A stretch of 64,000 bases of DNA from Candidatus Aminicenantes bacterium (lineage in GTDB: Bacteria > Acidobacteriota > Aminicenantia > Aminicenantales > JAFGBC01), in contig OY969696.1 in NCBI GenBank assembly GCA_963702005.1, positions 960,001 to 1,024,000 on the forward strand. The letters are read 5' to 3'. The notes under the pieces were generated by a model. It was not told where the DNA came from, did no database searches, and was given only the letters and a program-made list of their open reading frames with translations. Shown piece by piece: positions 53,349 to 62,675 of this stretch. The position numbers were made by a program, and so were the translations under genes. Every line of letters begins with the position of its first letter. The stretch's first letter is position 1.

Positions 53349-55058
53349 ATGAAGAAAGTTGCGATGCTGGCGTTCGTCCTCGCCGTATCGGCCGCGGCGG
53401 CCTACGGACAGACCTGGCTCACCGGGTCGCTCGATGACGCCCTGGCCAAGGCGAAGACGCAGAACAAGCTTCTGCTCCTCGATTTCCACCAAGAAAGCGG
53501 CTGAGGGTCCTGCAAACTGCTGGTCCAGCAGTACTATTCCAACGCCGCCTACAAGAAGTTTCTCGAAGACAACTTCGTCCTCTACCGCGCCTCCCGGGGC
53601 GCCAAGGTCGGGGAGGATATGTTCAAGAAGTTCAAGATCCGGGGGACGCCCTTTCTCCTGTTCCTCGACGGGGATGGGAACGAGGTCGACTGGATCTACA
53701 CCTACTCGGCCCCCCCTTCGAAGTTCCACGAGAAGGTGCTGAAGATCCTCAAGGGCGAGGACACGTTCCGCGCCCTGAACGCGAAGCTCCTGTCCGACCC
53801 GAAGAACGTCCCGCTCATGATGCAGGTCGCCCGGAAGCACGAGAGTCGCTTCGAGACGGACAAGGCCGTGTCGCTCTTCAAGGAGATCTTGGCGCTCGAT
53901 CCGGAGGGCAAGACCGGGACGACGGAGTACGACGGAAGCCCCGTCCCCTGCGTCGAGTACGCGGATTTCAGGATCGCAGAGGACGCCGGCAGCAAGGCCG
54001 AAGATCCCGCGCCGTTCCTCGCATTCACGGCCCGGAGGCCAGCGAGTCGCCTGGCGCGCGACGCCTACCGCAACTGCGCTTACTTTTTCCTTTCCGGCCG
54101 AAGCAAGGATGAAGCCTTCAAGTTCTTTGAAGACGGCTTGGCGAAGTATCCCGGCGATCCGCTCCTGACCTTCTATTATTTGCAGAGAATCGCCCAGGAA
54201 CGGGACAATCTCGACCGGGGCATCGCCCTCGCCCGCGAGATACAACAATACGCGTCTCTGAACGACATGGTCCAGCGCACGGGCGCCCAGCTCCAGGTCC
54301 TTAAGGGCGATTTCGATTCGGCTGAAGCGGCCTACGGCCCGGACTACGTCGACGGACGGCTCTCGAGCGCCGCGAACGCTCTTCAAAACTACGCGCAATT
54401 CTGGGCCGGCCAGAAAAAGAACATGGACAGCGCGCTCAAGGCCATAAAGCTGGTTATGGACCTGCAGCCCGACAACGTCTATGCGGTCTATTCGGCCGCG
54501 GAATTCTACATCCGAGCGGGACTGCCGGAGAAAGCCGACGAGGTGTTCGGACCGGCCTACGCGGAGAAACATAAGGACGATCCCCAGGCCCTGGCTTACT
54601 ATGCGGGATTCTGGGCGCGCCAGAAGAAGCACCCGGAAAGCCTCTCCGCGGCGGAAGCGGCCGTCCAATTGAAACCCGACGATTCAAATATCCTGGAAAT
54701 GGCAGCACGGGCCTTTATCGCATGGGGCAAGCAGGACCGTGCGCTGGCCGTATACGGGCCTTCGATCGTCGGGAAGATCGGGGACGACGCGATGCACTTG
54801 AACGCCTACGCCTGGTTCTGGGCGGAGATGGGGGCGAACCTGGAGAGCGCGCTCTCGGCGGCGCAAAAATCGATCGAACTTGACGACCGGGAGTGGACCG
54901 AGGATACGCTCGCGGTGGTCCTCCTGGGGTTGGGCCGGCTCGACGAGGCCCTCGCGGCCGAGAACAAGGCGATGGCCATGTCCTCGACCCCCAGCCGATA
55001 CGAGGGCACGATGAAAAAGATCAAGGACGCCATCGAAAAGAAAAAACAGAATAAGTAG
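53349..55058 (+). CDS. secreted thioredoxin-fold selenoprotein (UxxC) with TPR-like repeats
   Basis: ATG 53349 after AAGGAGG is in frame with ORF 53619; single TGA at 53502-53504 in LLLDFHQESG-U-GSC; hairpin CTGCTG-GTC-CAGCAG downstream. Confidence 0.85.
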
Positions 55059-55086
55059 AGCGCGAACGAACGGGGCGTTTCCCAAG

Positions 55087-55201
55087 CGGCTGGGCAAATA
55101 CATGATCCGGCCGCTGCTGTCCCTGGAGCGCCTCTCCCCCGAGGCCCGTCCCCTCCAAGGGCTGGGCGGAGATGATCCGGAAAGTCTACGAGGTGGATCC
55201 G
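55087..55201 (+). pseudogene. IS91-like transposase relic
   Basis: RLGKYMIRPLLSLERL joined to PSKGWAEMIRKVYEVDP. Confidence 0.75.
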
Positions 55202-55224
55202 CAGCGCAGCCCTATGAGGAGCCC

Positions 55225-55698
55225 TTAGAGCCCGATCTTTGTGATCAAGAAACGCTCTCCGTCGCGTCGGCAATAAACATAGAAGATCTTGCCGTTCTTG
55301 ACGGCGTCGATGAGCTCGTTGACTTCTTTGGCCGTTGTGGCGACATCGACCTTATTGGCCGTGATAACCGTGCAGACATTGTCGCTGTTGGGGCCTTTTA
55401 GCTGGGGCTTCATCCAAATAAGAACGCTGGGCTCATCGCCGCCAATGGGACGGTCAAGCCAGGCGCATTCTCCCGGGGCCGGCTGTCTTTGCGAGCCCGC
55501 ATAGGGGGATTTGGCGAACTCAAAATAGTACGAGCAGATAAAATCCCCCGAGTCGGTGTGAAGACCGGGTAGGATAGCCAGAGTCATCTTGCCTCCGCCG
55601 TGGCAGATCATGGGATAGCTTTCGGGTTGTTGAGCCCGCATGGATCTCAAGGGGGTCAACATAAGCACCAACCATAAAAGCAAGGCGAGCCTTTTCAT
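55225..55698 (-). CDS. secreted Cys-containing hypothetical protein
   Basis: GGAGGT RBS, signal peptide MKRLALLLWLVL. Confidence 0.75.
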   Translation of the reverse strand: MKRLALLLWLVLMLTPLRSMRAQQPESYPMICHGGGKMTLAILPGLHTDSGDFICSYYFEFAKSPYAGSQRQPAPGECAWLDRPIGGDEPSVLIWMKPQLKGPNSDNVCTVITANKVDVATTAKEVNELIDAVKNGKIFYVYCRRDGERFLITKIGL

Positions 55699-55920
55699 GG
55701 GCACCTCCCCGCAATCGGATTCGAAAATCCGGACCAAGGCCGGTGTATCTTTTGCCATCCGAGGCAGAAAATATCCTCTGGAAAGCGCCGAGACGCGTCT
55801 ATTCCCTTCAACCTATTCCTTGGGCGGAAGGCGCCGAGCCCCTCCGGCCACTCGCTCGGAACCGAAGAATTCAGCGCCCTCAGGGTCTCATCCGAGGCGT
55901 TGGTGGTGATATGGAAATAC

Positions 55921-56019
55921 TCAAACCAGATGGAGGGCTTCCTCCCTTCCACAGCACTTTTTATACTTTTTCCCGCCGCCGCAGGGGCATGGGTCGTTGC
56001 GGCCGGTTTTCTGGGACAT
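55921..56019 (-). pseudogene. isolated SEC-C motif (truncated gene or mini-protein)
   Basis: [19 protein letters not shown] then stop after 8 residues. Confidence 0.65.
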
Positions 56020-56540
56020 CCGAGGAAAAGGATATCCAAAACCCGGGGTCGCGTCTACTCTTTTTAATCTCTCTTTTTCTAGCTTAATCTCTCTGCTCTT
56101 CTCCGGCATGAATGTCTTAGGTTTTGTATATATCGCCTAAGGACTTCAATTTCCTTCGTGGGATTTAAGGACGAGCCTTTGGATGGAAAGGTTTTCGATA
56201 CAAAATATTGGACTTAGTACATAAAATTGAATTTCTAGGCCTTCTGGATCCTCCAAGGCTTTTCGTCGTCTCTCGCATCTTATTTCATTCAAAGCATATA
56301 CATAAAGGTCCGCTTCCCTCAAAGATGGCACATATTTTGCTTAATATTACAATAGATATTAACTATAACTTTAGGTTTAGAGCTCGAATTATTGGAGACG
56401 AGCCGAATGAGGAATCAGAAAATGAACAGAGGAGGTGAGAGAGAAAAAAGTCATTGCGCAGGTTTAAGCATGGGGCCGGGTGAAGACTTTTTCACCCAGA
56501 GGATGGATGATTTTATTAATGATCGCCAAAGGAGGGCTAA

Positions 56541-59453
56541 TTGAAAAAAGCCTTAGTGTTACTCAGCCTTCTTCTCTTTGTGGGGATCTTTGTCTACGGC
56601 CAGGCGCCCGGCAGCATCCGGGGCAAGGTCGTCGACAAGGACGGCAATCCCCTTCCCGGCGTCAGCGTCACCCTGACCGGGTCTAAGACGGCGCAGCTGG
56701 TCACAATCACATCGATGGAAGGGAACTTCCGGTTCCTGTCCCTCGACCCTGCCAGCGACTATGCCCTGAGACTTGAGCTCCAAGGGTTCAAACCCTTCAT
56801 ACGGTCGCAGCTCAGCGTTTCCTACGGCCGGGACGTCAACCTCGACCTCACGATGGAGCAGGCCGTCCTCGAGGAAACGGTCACCGTCGTCGGCCAAACG
56901 CCCATCATCGACACCAAGAGGACGCAGGTCGGCGTCAATATCACGGGGGAGATGATCATGCGGCTGCCCACCGCGCGGGACCCCTGGGTTCTGATGCAGC
57001 TTTCCCCGGGGATGCTGATCGACCGTGAGAACGTCGGCGGCAGCGACAGCGGCCAGCAGTCGTCCTACTTCGGCCACGGCGGCTCGAGCGGCGACGCCAC
57101 CTGGAGCGTCGACGGCGGCAACATCACGGACAACTCCGCGCTCGGCGCGGCCCCGGCCTACCTGAACATGGCGGGGTTCGAGGAAGTCCTGATCAACTAC
57201 GGCAACAACGACGTCCGATCCGAGACCGGCGGTGTCCAGCTCAACTTCATCAGCAAGCGCGGCGGCAACGCCTTTTCGGGCATGTTCTACCTGGACGCCT
57301 CGAAGGAGGACTGGCAGGCCAAGAACGTCCCCGCCTCGTTGACGAAGATCCGGCCGACCTATGTGGGCGCCGGCATCACCAAGGTCTACCTCTACGGCGC
57401 CAACTTCGGCGGACCGATCTTCAAGGACAAACTCTGGTTCTACGGCTCCTACGGGATCCAGGACCTGGGGACGCACTCCATCACCGGGACCGCGGACAAC
57501 ACCTGGCTCGAATCCGGCTACCTCCGGTTGGACGCCCAGATTACCCCGAGCACGAGGGCCAACCTTTACTACGAGTACGACAACAAGCAGAAGTGGGGAC
57601 GGACGAACTGGGGCGCCGCGTCACAGGGCCCCGAGACCGTCTGGAACCAGGTCGGCCCGACGCCCATCTACAAGGGCGAAGTCGAGCAGACCTTCGGAAA
57701 CCTCTTCTTGAACCTCAAGGCGATTTACACCCACAACATCTTCCACCTCATCCCCAAGCTCGGCCCGCGGACGGCCGACGGCACCGGCCCGTATGAAGTC
57801 CAGACCAACTACCCCGAGTTCTATGCCAGCGGGAACATCGCCGACTACAACACCGTCCGGCCCCAGACCAACGCCAACTTCTACGGCAACTATTTTGCCG
57901 AGAACTTACTCGGCGGCGACCACGAGTTCAAGTTCGGCGTCGATTACACCACCTCGACCGTCTCCACCTACTCCCTGCTCGAGGGCAACCTCATCGTTTA
58001 CAAGTCTTCGCCCACCTGGACCGAAGCCTGGTGCATCCGCGACTTCTACAACAACTTCAAGTTCGACCGTTATTCGATCTTCGCCCAGGACACGGCGAGC
58101 TTCGGCCGGCTGACCGTCGGCCTCGGACTCCGCTACGATATCGAGAAGTCCATCGTGGCCAACGTCCACCAGCCCGCCGCGCCCTTGATGTCGAACTATC
58201 TGGTCGACCTGAAAGTCGACAAGTTCGACCCCGGCATGCGGTCCAAGGTCTGGTCGCCACGCTTTAACCTCGTTTACGACATCACGGGAGACGGAAAAAC
58301 GGTCGCCAAGCTCAACCTCGCCCAATACGGCTCCCAGACGGGATACGAATTCGCCAGCTTCCTCAACCCGGTGCCCTGGGCCGAGATCGACCTCCGCTGG
58401 GTGGATTCCAACGGCGACGGACGCGTCACTCAGAACGAGCTCTTCGGGACGAACTGGGATACCGGCGAACCGACCGTCGACCCCAACGACCCCAGCGGCT
58501 GGTCCTGGTACGGCGGCTTCGATCCGGCCAACCCGACCCTGGCCCAGTCCACGAACAAGTACGACCCCAGCTTTAAGGAACCGCTTCTCGACGAAGCTTC
58601 GTTCTCACTGGAACGGGAGGTCATCGCGGACTTCGCCGTGCGGTTGGAACTCTTCTACAGGAACCGGCACCGCTTCAGCTTCGACCGGGGGATCATGGCC
58701 GACGGCAGCCTCGAGACGAAGGACAACTGGTATCTGCAGGGAGTCAATTCGACCACGGGCGCCAACGTTTACGGCCGCCACGAGTGGCCGGTCGGCTCCT
58801 ACCGGACCAATACCTACGACGGGACGAACGAAATCAAGGCCCACGAGCGCTACCTGGCGGCCGAAATCGTCGTCAAGAAACGGCTGTCCCACAACTGGAT
58901 GCTCGACGGCTCCTTCACCCTGTCCGATTATAAGTACTACCACGGCAACGACAAGAGCGTCTGGCCCTTCGACCTGAACAACTGGGACTACTACGAGGGC
59001 GGCGTCGTCGCTCCGCAGAGCGGCGGCTCCGGCATCTCGTACGTGTGGGTCAACTCCACGTGGATGGGCAAGCTCGCCGGGCTCTACCAGTTCCCTTACG
59101 GAATCAGCGCCAGCTTCGCCTTCCAGGCCCGCCAGGGCTACGTCTTCCCGCCCAACGCCTACATCTACCGGAACAACTTAGGCTGGGGCAACGTCTACGC
59201 GACCTCGGCGGGGAATATCGGAAAGTTCGGCGACAAGCGGCTCCCCAACTTCTACGAGCTCAGTCTGAGAGTCGAAAAGACGTTCAACGTCGCCGAGAAG
59301 CTCCGGGTCACGATCGCTGGAGACTGCTTCAACGTCTTCAACTCGGCCACGGCCCTGGAAGAGCAGGCCAGGCTGACCTCGGCTATCTACGGCCAAACCA
59401 TGCGCATTCTGAACCCGCGGGTCTTCCGCTTCGGCGCCCGCGTCGAGTTCTAA
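56541..59453 (+). CDS. TonB-dependent receptor with carboxypeptidase-regulatory-like N-domain
   Basis: GGAGG plus TTG start, G.V.D..G.PLPGV, LN...KRGGN plug motif, C-terminal RVEF. Confidence 0.93.
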   Translation: MKKALVLLSLLLFVGIFVYGQAPGSIRGKVVDKDGNPLPGVSVTLTGSKTAQLVTITSMEGNFRFLSLDPASDYALRLELQGFKPFIRSQLSVSYGRDVNLDLTMEQAVLEETVTVVGQTPIIDTKRTQVGVNITGEMIMRLPTARDPWVLMQLSPGMLIDRENVGGSDSGQQSSYFGHGGSSGDATWSVDGGNITDNSALGAAPAYLNMAGFEEVLINYGNNDVRSETGGVQLNFISKRGGNAFSGMFYLDASKEDWQAKNVPASLTKIRPTYVGAGITKVYLYGANFGGPIFKDKLWFYGSYGIQDLGTHSITGTADNTWLESGYLRLDAQITPSTRANLYYEYDNKQKWGRTNWGAASQGPETVWNQVGPTPIYKGEVEQTFGNLFLNLKAIYTHNIFHLIPKLGPRTADGTGPYEVQTNYPEFYASGNIADYNTVRPQTNANFYGNYFAENLLGGDHEFKFGVDYTTSTVSTYSLLEGNLIVYKSSPTWTEAWCIRDFYNNFKFDRYSIFAQDTASFGRLTVGLGLRYDIEKSIVANVHQPAAPLMSNYLVDLKVDKFDPGMRSKVWSPRFNLVYDITGDGKTVAKLNLAQYGSQTGYEFASFLNPVPWAEIDLRWVDSNGDGRVTQNELFGTNWDTGEPTVDPNDPSGWSWYGGFDPANPTLAQSTNKYDPSFKEPLLDEASFSLEREVIADFAVRLELFYRNRHRFSFDRGIMADGSLETKDNWYLQGVNSTTGANVYGRHEWPVGSYRTNTYDGTNEIKAHERYLAAEIVVKKRLSHNWMLDGSFTLSDYKYYHGNDKSVWPFDLNNWDYYEGGVVAPQSGGSGISYVWVNSTWMGKLAGLYQFPYGISASFAFQARQGYVFPPNAYIYRNNLGWGNVYATSAGNIGKFGDKRLPNFYELSLRVEKTFNVAEKLRVTIAGDCFNVFNSATALEEQARLTSAIYGQTMRILNPRVFRFGARVEF

Positions 59454-59483
59454 GCTCCCCGCACACTCACACGCAGACGCTCA

Positions 59484-59521
59484 AAGCCCCTTCCGGCTCC
59501 GGCCGGAAGGGGCTTTTTTTT
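59484..59521 (+). terminator. intrinsic terminator
   Basis: AAGCCCCTTCCGGC-TCCG-GCCGGAAGGGGCTT plus T run. Confidence 0.88.
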
Positions 59522-59588
59522 ATCCTTCTATCCTTCGCCTATGGCATTTCCAGGGAGGGGAGTGATAAAATAAAAAGGGAGGAAGAGC

Positions 59589-60506
59589 ATGAAGAAAAAC
59601 CTGTTCGTGATGTTCATAATGATTCTCGCGGCTTCCCTCGTTTTCGGCCAGGCCTACCGGGGCCAGGGCCGCCTCAGGGGAAAAGTCACCGACGAGGCGG
59701 GGAAACCCCTGGAAGGAGTCAAGGTCAAGCTCTTCTCGATCAAAGGCCAGTCCGGCTTCGAGCTGACAACCAACGCCGAAGGCGGATGGACCGCCAACTA
59801 CATCCGCGGAGGCGGCTACGACATCGATTTTCTGAAGGTCGGCTACGAGCCCAAGCGCATCTCGACCAGTATCCCCGAGCAGACCGATAACCCGCTGGTC
59901 GAAGTCAAGCTCAAGAAGCTGGAAGGATTGGTCATCACGGACGAGCTCAAGGCGGCCCTAACCTCGGGGAATAAGCTCTTCGAGGAGCAAAAGTACGAGG
60001 AGGCCGTTAAGATCTACGAGGACATCATAACCCAGAACCCGGACGCTTATATCCTATATAAAAACGTCGGGAACTGCTGGTTCGAGCTCCAGCGGTACGA
60101 CAAGGCCGAGGCGGCCTACCAAAAGGTCTTGGAGAAGGAGCCGTCCAACCCCGACATCCTGCTCCTGATCGGCAACTGCTACGCCAACCGCGGCGAGTCC
60201 GACAAAGCCATGGAATGGTACAACAAGATCGAGTTCGAAAAAATCAGCGATCCGACGGTCCTCTTCAACATCGGGACGAACTTCACCAAGCAGTCCCAGT
60301 TCGAGGATGCCCTGAAGTACTACAAGCGGTCGGTCGAGCTCCAGAAGGACTTCCTGGACGGGCTCTACCGGCTCGGCCTGACCTATCTCGCCCTGGGCCG
60401 GAACGCCGAGGCCATCCCGGCTTTCGAGGACTACCTCAAATACGACCCCGACTCGGACCGGTCCGGCCAGGTCAAGAATTTCCTCGATTTCTTGAAAAAG
60501 AAGTAG
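59589..60506 (+). CDS. secreted carboxypeptidase-regulatory-domain + TPR protein
   Basis: G.GRL.G.V.DE.G.PLEG N-domain plus TPRs; paralog of 24616-25584. Confidence 0.92.
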   Translation: MKKNLFVMFIMILAASLVFGQAYRGQGRLRGKVTDEAGKPLEGVKVKLFSIKGQSGFELTTNAEGGWTANYIRGGGYDIDFLKVGYEPKRISTSIPEQTDNPLVEVKLKKLEGLVITDELKAALTSGNKLFEEQKYEEAVKIYEDIITQNPDAYILYKNVGNCWFELQRYDKAEAAYQKVLEKEPSNPDILLLIGNCYANRGESDKAMEWYNKIEFEKISDPTVLFNIGTNFTKQSQFEDALKYYKRSVELQKDFLDGLYRLGLTYLALGRNAEAIPAFEDYLKYDPDSDRSGQVKNFLDFLKKK

Positions 60507-60526
60507 CCCGTCGCCGCCAAACCAGA

Positions 60527-62659
60527 ATGTCGATGGTTCGATTCGTCCGCTCTCGCTTTCCGGCCGCGTCCGTTGGCTTGGTCGCCCTTCTCCTATTCGG
60601 GGCGGCCGCCCCTCCGACCGCGGCCGCGGCGACCAAGCCCAACATCCTGCTCATAACCATCGACACGCTCCGGGCCGACCATCTCGGCTGCTACGGCTAT
60701 ACCGACGTCAAAACGCCGGTCATCGACGCCCTGGCCGGCCGGGGCGTTCTTTTTTCCAGAGCCTTCGCCCACACTCCCGAGACGCTGCCCTCCCACACCA
60801 ACATCCTGCTCGGGCTCACCCCGAACGCCCACGGGGTCCACGACAACTCGAACTTCATCGTCCGGGAGGATTTCCCGACCCTGGCCGAATGGTTCAAGGC
60901 GCGGGGCTACGCCACCGGCGCCTTCGTCGGGGCCTTCCCGCTGGACTCGCGCTTCGGCCTGACCCGGGGGTTCGACGTCTACGACGACAACTACGGCAGC
61001 CAGGGGCCGATGGACCTCGTCTTCGTCGAGCGCAAGGCCGACGTCGTCGTGGGCAAAGCCCTGGAATGGCTGCGGGAACGCCGCGGCCCCTGGTTTCTGT
61101 GGGTCCATTGTTTCGACCCCCACCAGCCTTATGACCCGCCCGAACCCTTCAAGTCGCGATACGCGGAAAAGCCCTACGACGGCGAGATCGCCTTCGTCGA
61201 CTCCCAACTGGAGAGGCTCTTCGCCTATCTCAGGGAGCGCGGGCTCGAAAACGACACCGCCGTCGTCCTCACCGCCGACCACGGCGAGTCGTTGGGCGAG
61301 CACGGCGAGTCTAGCCACGGCTATTTCGCCTACAACGCGACGCTCCACGTCCCCTTGATTTTGGCCTTCCCGGGATGGAAAGCGGGCCGCCTGGACGCCG
61401 ACGTCTGCCACATCGATATCTTCCCCACGATCTGCGACTTTTTCGGCCAAAAACGGCCCGACGGCCTCCAGGGGCTGTCCCTGATTCCCCTCGTCCGGGG
61501 CAAGAGCCTTCCGGCCAGGCCCATCTATTTCGAAGCCCTCACGGCCTATTACAATAGGGGATGGGCGCCCCTCAAGGGCTACATCCAAGGCCGCGAGAAA
61601 TTCATCGAATCGCCGATCCCCGAGGTCTATGACCTGGACAAGGACTTCGACGAGCTCGACAACATTGCCGGGCGGACCGAGCTCCCGCGCTGTCGGAAGA
61701 CTCTGGCCGACCTCGTCCAAGCCGAGACGTCGCCGCTGGCCGGCAGGGCCGGCCAGGCCATGGACCGAGAGACCAGGGACAAGCTCCGCAGCCTCGGCTA
61801 TCTGGCTTCACAGCAGGGGCCGACCCGGAAAACCTTCACCGAGAAGGACGACCTCAAGACCCTGCTTCCTTACCATGTCAAATGGACTAGGGCCACGGCC
61901 GCCTATGCCGCCGGCCGGACCGAAGAGGGCATCGCCCTCCTCAAGGAGATCATCGCCGAGCGCAAGGATTTCGACTTGGCCTACACCTACCTGGCCAATT
62001 TCTACAAGAAACAGAGGAAGCCGCGGGACGCGGAGGCCGTGCTCCGCGAAGCCTACGCCAATAACCCGCAGAGCTTCCGGATCATAAACGCGCTGGCGAT
62101 CTCCCTGATCGACGAGGGCCGCTTCGACGAGTCGATCGACCTTCTCCAGAAATCGCTCGGCCTGATCGATTTCGACCCGGAAACCTGGAACTACCTGGGC
62201 GTGGCCTACTGGAACAAAGGGATCTTCGACCGGGCTCTCGACGCCTATGAGCGGGCTCTGGGCGTGGACCACGATTATCCCATCGTCTTCAACAACCGCG
62301 GCTCCCTCTACCTGTCCCGCTTCTTCAAGGGCCGGGATCAGGGGGACCTGGCCAAGGCCACGGCGGATTTCCGGAAGGCCGTCGAGCTCGACCCGAAATA
62401 CGCCTCCGCCTACAACGGCCTTGGCGTCAGCCTGCGCCAGTCGGGAGACAACGACGGCGCGATCGCGTCCTGGACCAAAGCCGTCGAGCTGAAGCCCGAT
62501 TTCGGCTTCGCCCTCTACAACCTCGGCCTGGGCCTGCTCGGCCGGGGAGATAAATCCCAAGCCCTCGTCTACCTCAGCCGCTACAAAGACCTGTTCTATT
62601 CGGACCTGCCGCCGCAGGAAAAAACTCGGCTGGATGAGCTCCTTCTGAAGTGCAAGTGA
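60527..62659 (+). CDS. sulfatase-like hydrolase with C-terminal TPRs
   Basis: NILLITIDTLRADH, TLPSH at nucleophile position, ADHGE..GEH; TPR tail; start uncertain. Confidence 0.9.
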   Translation: MSMVRFVRSRFPAASVGLVALLLFGAAAPPTAAAATKPNILLITIDTLRADHLGCYGYTDVKTPVIDALAGRGVLFSRAFAHTPETLPSHTNILLGLTPNAHGVHDNSNFIVREDFPTLAEWFKARGYATGAFVGAFPLDSRFGLTRGFDVYDDNYGSQGPMDLVFVERKADVVVGKALEWLRERRGPWFLWVHCFDPHQPYDPPEPFKSRYAEKPYDGEIAFVDSQLERLFAYLRERGLENDTAVVLTADHGESLGEHGESSHGYFAYNATLHVPLILAFPGWKAGRLDADVCHIDIFPTICDFFGQKRPDGLQGLSLIPLVRGKSLPARPIYFEALTAYYNRGWAPLKGYIQGREKFIESPIPEVYDLDKDFDELDNIAGRTELPRCRKTLADLVQAETSPLAGRAGQAMDRETRDKLRSLGYLASQQGPTRKTFTEKDDLKTLLPYHVKWTRATAAYAAGRTEEGIALLKEIIAERKDFDLAYTYLANFYKKQRKPRDAEAVLREAYANNPQSFRIINALAISLIDEGRFDESIDLLQKSLGLIDFDPETWNYLGVAYWNKGIFDRALDAYERALGVDHDYPIVFNNRGSLYLSRFFKGRDQGDLAKATADFRKAVELDPKYASAYNGLGVSLRQSGDNDGAIASWTKAVELKPDFGFALYNLGLGLLGRGDKSQALVYLSRYKDLFYSDLPPQEKTRLDELLLKCK

Positions 62660-62675
62660 CGCGAGGAGAGAGACC

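Noticed and set aside
14629-55201. Classical integron
   Set aside because: No tyrosine recombinase, no convincing RYYYAAC/GTTRRRY attC sites; cargo occurs in both orientations with own promoters
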